A DNA stretch of 64,000 bases. Source: Octopus sinensis (lineage: Eukaryota). Shown here one piece after another: positions 53,120-64,000 of this stretch. The notes under the pieces were generated by a model. The model saw only the letters and a program-made list of their open reading frames with translations, made no database searches and had not been told where the DNA came from. The stretch is from the NCBI RefSeq assembly GCF_006345805.1, contig NC_043000.1, forward strand, positions 86,428,001-86,492,000, read 5' to 3'. A program made the translations under genes and the position numbers. Within the stretch, counting starts at the first letter, position 1. Each line of letters starts with the position of its first letter.

Positions 53120-53599
53120 TATATATGTATATATATTGGTATGTGTGTATATATGAACATATATCTATATGTGTGTATAACAATAATAACAAAAATGAAC
53201 AGCACCACAAAATGTTTCAAAACTACAAACATACAAGTTGGTCTCAGGCATAATTTCAGTAATAAATGAAAAAAATTCATCAAAGGCTGCCAAACAAAAT
53301 GTTTTGAAAAACAAACTGACAAAAGTGAAAGTAAGTCCTAAACTCAAGGAGCACCACATTAGTGTGTCTACTGCTAGCATCTCTTGAGGATGACATTACT
53401 TTTCTTAGAAATAAAGATGTGTTTTAACTGATAAATATATATCTAGTAAAAACAATACCATTGAGCACGTCTGAGTGAGCCTGCTTGTAATAATAAAATA
53501 TTTCTGATAAATTTTACAAATTTCCATTTAGTGGAATCATGTTCTGCTAACTATGAATAATGGCAGCTACAGCAATAATGATCACTACTCCCCCTGTTA

Positions 53600-54140
53600 A
53601 ATCCATGAATGTTACATAGATTTTCTTTTCCCTTTTCTTTAATAATTGTCTGTAACCACCTACATTCCTGGTTCCTCTGTCCCAACTCACACCTCTTCAC
53701 CTTCTTGTAACTTGAGGGTTCACAGTGACACCTCATCATCACTATTTTTATCTGTTTCCATCTCTACCCCAGCCACTCCTCTCTGTGTCTCTCTTACATG
53801 ATGTGAGTAACCATGGGGCTCCACTGCAACAAGAATCCTCTTCTGTTCTGGTTCTTTCTCTCATACTTTGACCCTTCATAAAGCTACATCCCTCTTTACC
53901 ATGGCTCTGCTCAGTTGAAGTGAATCTTAGTCATGCAAGATGCATGGTGATCTTCCTAATACTAGTCCCATTAAAAAACACTCAGTATAAAGTGATTTGC
54001 ATTTAGGGAGGGCATCCAGCTATAAAGAACCATGCTAAAGCAGACTGTGGAGCTTAGATACAGTCTTCAGACCCATTGGATTTTGTCAAATCCTCCAACC
54101 CATGCAAGCATGGAACATAGATGTTAAATGATTATGATAA
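53600..54140 (+). mobile_element. RTE 3' UTR/tail remnant
   Basis: gggcatccagctataaagaaccatgc...ccaacccatgcaagcatggaacatagatgttaaatgattatga; left boundary approximate. Confidence 0.55.
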
Positions 54141-54634
54141 ATGCTGCTGCTGCTGCTGCTGATGATGATGATGTCTATCTCTAACATCAAACAGTTTTCC
54201 TCTACTAAAATTTCTCACACATCTGTTTAACAGCAATATATTCTTCAATTCAATAGCCAGTCAATATAACTGAAATATTTTGAAATACTATTTGTTGTTG
54301 TAAATCATCATCATCATCATCATCATAACCACCACCACCACCACCACCATCACCACCACCATAACCACCACCACCACCACCATCACCATCATCAACAATA
54401 AGAATCTATTTGAACAATTAGAAGTTAAATAAATACCTTGTTTTTAAAGATAATTATGTCAGTCATATTTTTAAGACAGAGAAAAACAATAAACTTTTAT
54501 TTTTTCTGTGACATAGTAAAACAATTAGTTTCAGATGTTAAGACTACAATAACAAAACCGAAGTTTTAAAAGTTATCAAGTACTTCTTCCTTTTTTAATG
54601 CCACTCATTTGTGCAGCTTAAATTCTTGAACATG

Positions 54635-54675
<41 letters not shown>

Positions 54676-55572
54676 AGAACACACTTACTTTAATGCATTT
54701 TTAGTATTAAAAAAAACAACAAAGTGTATAGGAATGTTTTAAGCACAATGTCTTTGATGGATTGAAAAAAAAAACCTACTGTAATGGTGCTGAAACAATT
54801 AAAGCAAAAAAGAAAAGAACTACATATTATTTGCTGTAAGGGGAAAAAAAGGCATAAATAAAGCTAATAAAGTAGATACAGGATGAAAGTTGCAGTAATT
54901 AGTAGTAAAAGACATGATTGTAATTCATACAGTAACTAAATTAATTAAACTGAACCTCTCATAAATTTTTCTCTAAATTTGTTTGACATAATTCAGCATT
55001 ATATGTTCATATGTATTATATATCTGATGTCTTTATAATTAGACTAACTTATTTTGTTTTAAATTTCATAACCTTTACCAGTCACAGAAATACTTCTAAA
55101 AAAATATTGAGAAGAGTCATGTCATTTCACAAAGTAAGAGTTCTCAAATCAGTTTCAATTGCTGTTGGAAACAAATTTCAGGCTGATAAAAATGTATAAT
55201 TTAAAATATATTCATTCTTTAGATCCAACCACAGATTAAATGAATGCATCATGTATTATATGTTACCTAAGGATATATATCAATGAATTCCAATAACATT
55301 ATTTGACAGCATGACACATCAATCACTAACCCAATATATTAAACATGAAAATATAATGCTTCTTATAGCAGTTCTAATTTACTCTCACATCCTGCAGGCA
55401 GGTAAAATTCAATCATTTACAAATGAGGAGCTAGCAATATGAAGAACAGAATTTGTTTTAATAGAAGAAAGCAGGATAAAATGCTGGTTGAAAATAATAT
55501 AACTTAGCAATTCAAAGGAACAAAAGCTTCCCTTAAAGTGAAATATTATTGACATACTTATTTTCTTTTCTT

Positions 55573-55943
<371 letters not shown>

Positions 55944-58522
55944 ACTTTGATATACTTTGATAGGTTTCGGCCATTATTGGCCCAGGCCATGTCTAACTTA
56001 ATAGCACCACCTGGTGAAGTCTTTCAGTCAGAATTTGGGCACTATGGCCCACTCAAGTAGAGAGTTATTGTTTACAGAGACATATCTAGGTGTAGGGGTT
56101 TATCCGGGATTTCTTGAAGGAATCTGTCGAAAGACTTCTTGAACCCTATAGGGTCAGTTTCTGTTTTAATGTGTTTGGTGTAATGTTAAAGAGAGCGGGG
56201 CCAATTGAGGTGAAATAATTGTGCCGTATTGGTTATGAGATGAGAGTGTGATTTTTGTTGGGGCGGATGGCACGGGGCCCAAGCCTTGGATGTACCTTAA
56301 AGGTGATGCCAACATCATTTGGGCAATGCTGATGGAATATTTTCACATCATGCAGATGATGTGTAGCGCTCACGACGACGTTGGAGAGAATAGAGTTTTA
56401 GCTTTTCTAGCCGACCCCAATAGTCGAGGCCTGTCATGCCATCTATCTTTTTTGTGATTGCCCTTTGAGGTGCTTCAACTTTTATGATACCTTGTATGTG
56501 TGGGGAGACCACAGTGGACAACAGTATTCAAGGTGGGGTCGGGCAAAAGTGGAGAAGAGAAGGATAATGGTGTGGATATCTCTCGACTGGAAAGTTCTGA
56601 GAATCCAGGAACACATTCTGCGGGCCATGTCAACTTTGGTGTTTATATGAGTGGCCCAGCTTACGTTGTTGTCCACAATACTCCCAAGTCTCTGATGTTG
56701 TTGGACGCCGCGAGAGTTTCACCTGAAGGAAGGGAGTATGGAGTTTCAGGGCATCCTCTTTTCCAAAGTGGATTAGCTCAAATTATCCTCGTTCAGCAGC
56801 ATATTGTTTTTTTCTGCCCATTGGATAACAGCCAGTAGATCTGACTGAAGGCATGTCCGGTCACTCGCCTCATTTATGACCTTCTGTAGCTTGGAGTCAT
56901 CTGCAAAGATTTTTTGTTGCTGTGCTTGATGATGTCATTAATGTCATTAATGTAAATGATGAAAAGAAGTGGGCCCAGCACAGTGCCTTGCGGAACGCCA
57001 CTACTGACTTTGGCTGGGCTTGATTTTACCCCTTCAACTACAACATGTTGAGATCTGTCTGTCAGGAAACACTTAATCCATTTCAGTAACTTTCCAGAGA
57101 CACCAATGTTGGATAGTTTTTTCAATAGGATCTTGTGATTGACCCTGTCGAAGGCCTTACTGAAATCAAGGTAGATGACATCGGTGTTGGAGCCCTCTCC
57201 TAAAGCTCTCAAAATGTCCTCAAAGTGATGCAGGAGCTGCGTTAGGCAGTCCCTTCCATTACGGAACCCATGTTGGTTGGAGATCAGCCGTCTGTTGCTT
57301 TCCAGAAATTGGGTTATTCAAGATCTCACCACCCTCTCAAATACCTTGATGATATGAGAGGTGAGTGAGATCGGGCGGTAATTCACTGCAAGGGACTTGT
57401 TTCCCTTTTTGAAAACTGGGACAACAGACTGGGACAGAAGGTTTTTTGGAATATAGCCAGCATCCAGTGAGTTTCTCCACAGATTAGCAAGGGGAGATGC
57501 AAGTTGGTGTCGACCACACCTTCAGGACACAAGCAGGGAATCTATCGGGGCCTACTGCTGAATTGTGTTTTATTTCGTTTATCGCCGCTAAGACATCAGG
57601 GGCACTAAACGTTATGTCCGATATAGTGGTTGGGGGTTGACATCACTGATACAGCCCAGATCGGCCATATCAGGATTGCTGAAAACAGAGCAGTATTGTT
57701 TCTGCAGTATCTCGGCCATGGATTTGGCATTATCTTGGAGAGTGCCAGTTTCGTCAATTAGAGGGCCTACAGTGGAGACAGTGACCCTGCGTTTCCTCGC
57801 AAATGAAAAGAACACTTTGGGGTTGAGTTTGATTTTTTCAATGGCCCACTTCTCCTCAGCTGATCTTTGGTATTGATGAGGGTCTTCATGCATTGTTGGA
57901 GGTTATATTTTTTGGATTCAAGCAGTGCGATAGCCGTCGAATGTGTGTGTTGCTGTTGGCAGTACTTTAGTTTGTTAATTTTTTTGTTTGTTCTTTTTAT
58001 TTTTCTGATAATGGTTTTTCTGTTTTGGGGGATTCTGCACTTTTTGTTCACAGGTCTTGGTGGGGATGTTTGCACATATGTCTGTGACGGTGTCTACAAA
58101 GATTGCCAAGATGTTTTATGGTTGGTGGAGATGTGTGTATGTGTAAAGGACCAGTCAACATTTGATAGCTCGTTCCTGATTGCATCCCAGTTGGCTTTAT
58201 GGAGATCCATGTTGTCAAATGGGTGGGGAGGAAGGAAGGTCACTAGGATTAGCTTTCGGCTGGTGGAATTTCATGTTACAGAGAACCATGTCATGGTCTG
58301 GAAAGAAAGAAGGTTTTTCCACTGTAACGTTATGTATAGTGTTAGTGTGGTTACTAAACACTAGGTCCAAAATATTCTGACGGATTCTTGTTGGTGCAAG
58401 GACAAGTTGGGACAAGAAAAACTCATTCGTAAAGTCGAAAAGTGACTCTGCTGCTTCTTTGTCAGCGGTGAGGCGCGGAGCGGGAGTGTTGGTTTCAAAC
58501 ATTTTAGTCCAGTCAACACAGG
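55944..58522 (-). mobile_element. CR1-group LINE, 5'-truncated, frameshifted ORF2
   Basis: APTRIRQNILDLVFSN (endonuclease end), NPKVFFSF, DVIYLDFSKAFDRVNH, SGVPQGTVLGPLLFIIYIND, RPHLEYCCPLWSP; 3' end with atcaaagt repeat; embedded in AT microsatellite. Confidence 0.93.
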
Positions 58523-58955
58523 GTATATATACATATATATACATATATATACATATAATAATATATATATATATAATTAACATATAGACATATAGATATA
58601 TCATATATACATATATACATATAATATATACATAGAGATAGATACATAATACATACATATATCATATACATATATATATATATATACATATAGATATAGA
58701 TTATATATATATACATATATATATTATACAATATACAGATATATATATATATATAGATATATAGTATACATATATATAGATATAGACATATAATATATAC
58801 ATATATATACATATAGATATATACATATATATATACATATATATATAGACATATATAACAGATATATATATACAGATATATTATATATATATATATAATA
58901 TACGATATATACATATATAATACAATATATATAAATAAATATATATATATTATAC

Positions 58956-58986
<31 letters not shown>

Positions 58987-59157
58987 GATATATATATAGA
59001 TATATATATAATTATATATATATACATATATATATATATACATAGATATATTATAACATATATATATACATATATATATACATAGATATACATATATATA
59101 TACATATATATATATAACAATATATATAGACATATGTAATATATATACATATGTAGA

Positions 59158-59189
<32 letters not shown>

Positions 59190-60254
59190 CTAGATATATA
59201 TATATATATAGATACATATGATAATACATATATATATATATACAATATATATACATATATATACATATATATAGACATATATATATATATATACATATAT
59301 ATACATATATATTATATATACATATATATACATATATATAATATATACATATATATACATATATATATATATTACATATATACATTATATTACATATTAT
59401 ATACATATATATATATACATATATATACATATATACATATATATACATATATACATATATATACATATATACATATATATACATATATACATACATATAC
59501 ATATTACATATATACATATATATACAATATATATACATATATAGATACATATATATATATAACATATATACATATATAACATATATATACATATATATAC
59601 ATATATATATATACATATATACATATATATTACTATATACATATAATACATATATATATACATATAGATATACATATATACATATATATACATATATACA
59701 TATATATATACAATAATATACATATATACATAGATATACATTATATATACATAGATATATATACATATATATACATATATATATACATATATACATATAT
59801 ATAATACTATATATACATATATATCTACATATATACATATATATATATATACATATATATACATATATACATATATATACATATATACATATATATACCA
59901 ATATATATACATATATACATATATAACATATATATATATACATATATATTAATACATATATATATACATATAATATATACATACATATACATATATTATA
60001 CATATACATATATATATATACATATAATATATATATACATATATATATACATATACATATATATATACATATATATATATTACATATACATATATATATA
60101 CATATACATATATATATACAATATATATATACATATACATATATACATATATACATATATATACATATATATATACATAATATATACATAATATATATAT
60201 ATATACATATACATATACATATATATATAATATATTATATATACATATATTATA

Positions 60255-60293
<39 letters not shown>

Positions 60294-60350
60294 TATACAT
60301 ATATATATTACATATTATATATATATATATACATATATATATACATATAT

Positions 60351-60404
<54 letters not shown>

Positions 60405-60475
60405 ATATATATAGATATACATATATATTACATATATATACATATTATATAATTATATATACATATATATATATA
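58523..60475. repeat. ~2-kb AT-rich simple-sequence array (ATATAC-type variants)
   Basis: Direct reading; G is rare on the + strand. Confidence 0.97.
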
Positions 60476-60874
60476 CTAGCAGTATCGCCCGGCGTTACTC
60501 GGGTTTTGTAAGGGAAATAACTATATAAGCATTTTTAGAGAGTTATAGCGAAAAAATAGCAAAAAAATGCATTAAAAATTGAAAAAAATTAAATTAAATA
60601 TTTTTTTTAAATCGTTGACACATCGTAGATATTTTTAGAGAGTTACTTCCCTTATATAAAAGCGAAAAAAATGCATTAAAATGGAAAAATATGATGGTAA
60701 ATTTTTTTTAAATCGTAGACTCATCGTAGACGCGCGCTAATACCCAGAAGGGCTCGATATGAATCAGGACTATAAGATACCCGCTTTTGGTTAAGCTGCA
60801 CCGCAAAATGTGGGAGTAGTTACGAATCTAAATCGTAGGAGACAGACACTCAACTTCACTCTTATATATAAAGA
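60476..60874 (-). mobile_element. Non-autonomous Helitron (399 bp)
   Basis: Minus strand begins TCtttatatataagag and ends with hairpin cccgagtaacgccggg, then cgatactgCTAG. Inserted between A and T with no TSD; internal ~100-bp tandem duplication (about 60531-60730). Confidence 0.9.
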
Positions 60875-60986
60875 TATAAGCCACGTAGTTATATACACAT
60901 ACTTTGTTATATACACATTCTTAAAAGAAAATGTTATTTTGAACACAACATTTACAAAGAATAAAATATTTTTTGGTTTTTCTTAA

Positions 60987-62035
60987 CCCTTTCGTTACTA
61001 TATTTCTGACCAAAATACACATGTGTTTCAATTAATTTCTAACGTAATCATAAATTTAGTCTGGTTTCATTAAAAAACTATAACTTTTTTATTTATCAAT
61101 ATATTAATGTGATTTTTGGAAGATAATTTAATGAAATGTTCTGAACCAATTCTATACTATAATTTTTGTCACAAAGTGACTCTAATTGCAGGTAGATACA
61201 GGTAAATTCAACAATATATAAAATATAAAATTTTGTTCAACATCGCTATAGAAAATGGGTTATTAGCTAATATTCAATTGGGTATACAACAAAATTTTAT
61301 GATAGAATTTGTTATTCTGGGTAACTTTCTGATACCCATAATAATAGTTTATGGCAAAATAAGCCTTAATTTCATTTAAGGTTGTGGGAAATAACAAACT
61401 ATCCTTTCTTTCGCTTTGTTTGCGTATAGCGTACAGTTCGTTTCCGCCGTAATGATTTCAAATGGCTCATTCGAAAAAGTAAAAAGAAATAGTCTAAGGC
61501 TTTACTCTTCTGGGAAGTCTGTGGCGTGGTCCAGTTTCTTCAGAAAAATCACCGAAAGAAACAGTTTTTAAATTTTCACTCCATTCAGTGCCAATTCATT
61601 TTTTTATCTCGGATTCACTGTTTTCACTTTCGGAAAATGAAACATCAGATTCATTATCCAATACCACGTGCTTTTTTTTTCAGTCATAGAGTTAGATTTA
61701 TGAAGGTCTTCAGTAGAAAATCCTTCGAATTCTGACTCGCTGCTTGATATAATGAAATCGTATCCATTTTTTGTCAGAATTACAAATTTTGAAAACATAA
61801 TAGGAACAAATTGCGGAAAAAATCTCCCATAATTCACGGAATTAAAATTACACTTCGATTTTTGTACAAAACTGTAGTTGAACTGTTTACGAAGTATAAT
61901 ACGTGTTTTCACGAATGTACTAAAGAGATTTACTCTGATATTCTCATTTAAATATGAATAGGTAAATTCGGGCGGTTTGGGGCGGCTTGGTCACATTAAC
62001 CAAAATTTTTTTCGGGCGCTTTGGTAACGAAAGGG
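60987..62035 (-). mobile_element. Non-autonomous piggyBac element
   Basis: TTAA at 60983-60986 and 62036-62039; perfect TIR ccctttcgttac / gtaacgaaaggg; minus-strand acidic remnant SSSESEFEGFSTEDL resembles a piggyBac N-terminus. Confidence 0.92.
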
Positions 62036-62473
62036 TTAAACGGATGCATACATTTATTAATAACTATATATAAGTGTCGTCTGTTTATACATAAACACTG
62101 TTTCATACTGCAATTATATATACATATATCTATATATAATATTATATAATAAAATATATACAGAATATGTGTATATATTTATGTATGTATGGTTCGCCAT
62201 TAATACTACCAAAATTTAACGACAGAAAGTAAAATAAAAACCAATTGACCTTTTCTGTATTGTTATAGCAATTCGACGACCCCGGTGTCTTTGCAAATGT
62301 GTTGGAATGATAAGTGAGTTGTGTTTTGGCGCCTTTTTACTAATAACAAACACACACGTGTTTGTATGTAGTTGTTTGAAACGTTTGTGTTTGTCACTGT
62401 CATATATGCATGTGTATGCGTGTGTATGAGGAATGACACACACACACTCACGCACGCACACATGTACATCAAT

Positions 62474-63047
62474 GCTTTCGGAGTGAAATGTTAAAATATT
62501 GAGTTTTCTTTCGAAATTTTGTCTTAATTGGGGGTAAAATTGAAAGAATTTTGTATGGCATCACCCAATTGAAGTACTTTGAAAAATCATGGGTAAACTC
62601 TAATTGAAGAAATTGTGTGAGGAGTAAATCGTTATGTATTTATTTGTTTCTGTTTGCTGTTTTTTTTTTTTTAGTAGTGGTTTAAGGCACACTTCTCTCG
62701 TTTTATCGAATTAGTTTCACTTTAATCGTTGCAAACTTGCAAAGAGAAAGTCGTAGAAATGAGAGTGATAGCGTGAGTGAATCAGATCGCTCCCTTTTTG
62801 TGTGTGTGTGTGTGTGCGTATGCTATAGCCCACACTAAGAAAAGCACTTGACTCAGACACCACAATGTGAGTTTTCTCTAAATTTTGCTTAATTGGGGTT
62901 GAAATTTTAAAAACTGGACCTGGCACGACCCGATGCATTCTACTCTTAAAAATGCTAGGTAAATTGTAATTGAAGAAATCCTATATTGTAGATTTCTATA
63001 AGATACAAAGGGAGGCAGATAAAAAATCTGTCTTTTATAATAAGAGA
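62474..63047 (-). mobile_element. Helitron-like element, left arm of large inverted repeat
   Basis: Minus strand begins A|TCtcttattataaaagacaga; homologous to 63129-63645. It may extend further left; no clear 3' CTAG found. Confidence 0.65.
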
Positions 63048-63060
63048 TACATATATATAT

Positions 63061-63104
<44 letters not shown>

Positions 63105-63128
63105 CATATATATATATACATACATATA

Positions 63129-63645
63129 TCTCTTATTATAAAAGGCAGATTTTATCTGCCTCCCTTTGTATCTTATAGAAATCTACAATATAGGATTTCT
63201 TCAATTACAATTTACCTAGCATTTTTAAGAGTAGAATGCATCGGGTCGTGCCAGATCCAGTTTTTAAAATTTCAACCCCAATTAAGCAAAATTTAGAGAA
63301 AACTCACATTCTGGTGTGTATGTCAAATGCTTTTCTTAGTGTGGGATTCAGCACACGCATACACACACAAACGGAGCGAACTGTTTCACTGACACTATCA
63401 CCCTAATTTCTCCTTTCTCTTTGTAAGTCTACCTTACAACACTACTCAAAAAAAAAGAAAGCAGCAAACAGAAACAAATAAATACATAACGATTTACTAC
63501 TCACACAATTTCTTCAATTAGACTTTACCTATGATTTTTCAAAGAACTTCCATTGGGTCATGCCATACAAAATTTCTTTCAATTTCACCCCCAATTAAGA
63601 CAAAATTCGAGAAAACTCAATATTTTAACATTTCACTTTGAAGCC
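63129..63645 (+). mobile_element. Helitron-like element, right arm of large inverted repeat
   Basis: Begins A|TCtcttattataaaaggcagattttatctgcct; reverse complement of 62474-63047; 3' end not located. Confidence 0.65.
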
Positions 63646-64000
63646 TTTACTCTGCCTATTACTCCCACTTCCTCTTTAGACACATAGACACGCTAATATA
63701 TACGACAGTGTCAATTGTTGACAGACATTGTAAGCTAACATGTGTGTGTGTGTGTGTGTGTGGTGCGTGTGTGTGTGTGTGCGCGTGTGTGTGAGGGTGT
63801 GCGCGTGTGTGTGAGGGTGCGTGTGTGTGTGTGTGACAGGGATGACCCATTCAGACTGGTCATCCTTTTTGCTAGAAGATCACCTATGCTGCACCACTGG
63901 TTTTCAGTTCATATTAATCAAATTAATATTCACAAGAAGAAGGACTATTCATTATAATACATAAGTTCCATCGGACAACTGCACAAACATTTGCCATTTT

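Noticed and set aside
58513-60290. 558-aa and overlapping Y/I/M/C-rich ORFs
   Set aside because: Read-through of an AT-rich simple repeat that lacks stops; no coding complexity.

Overview
AT-rich eukaryotic DNA, dense in microsatellites and dominated by decayed transposable elements. The SINE, RTE and Helitron families look like those of octopus/coleoid cephalopod genomes (inference from recalled family features, not a search). No intact protein-coding gene, RNA gene, CRISPR array or prokaryotic feature is supported. Almost all listed ORFs are transposon fragments or microsatellite read-throughs. Retroelements: a Gypsy LTR remnant, RTE LINEs, two R4/Dong-like elements, a CR1-like LINE and many tRNA-derived SINEs. 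DNA elements: mariner, pogo, hAT, piggyBac and Helitron derivatives. The most notable structures are a 2-kb TIR element with an unusual 7-bp target duplication, a multi-level nest inside an old hAT element, a near-perfect 124-bp foldback on an RTE-tail retroposon with a hairpin-unit array, a head-to-head Helitron palindrome, a repeated SINE dimer junction, a pre-miRNA-like hairpin and weak candidate exons of an unrecognised host gene. I do not see convincing evidence of a wholly new biological system.
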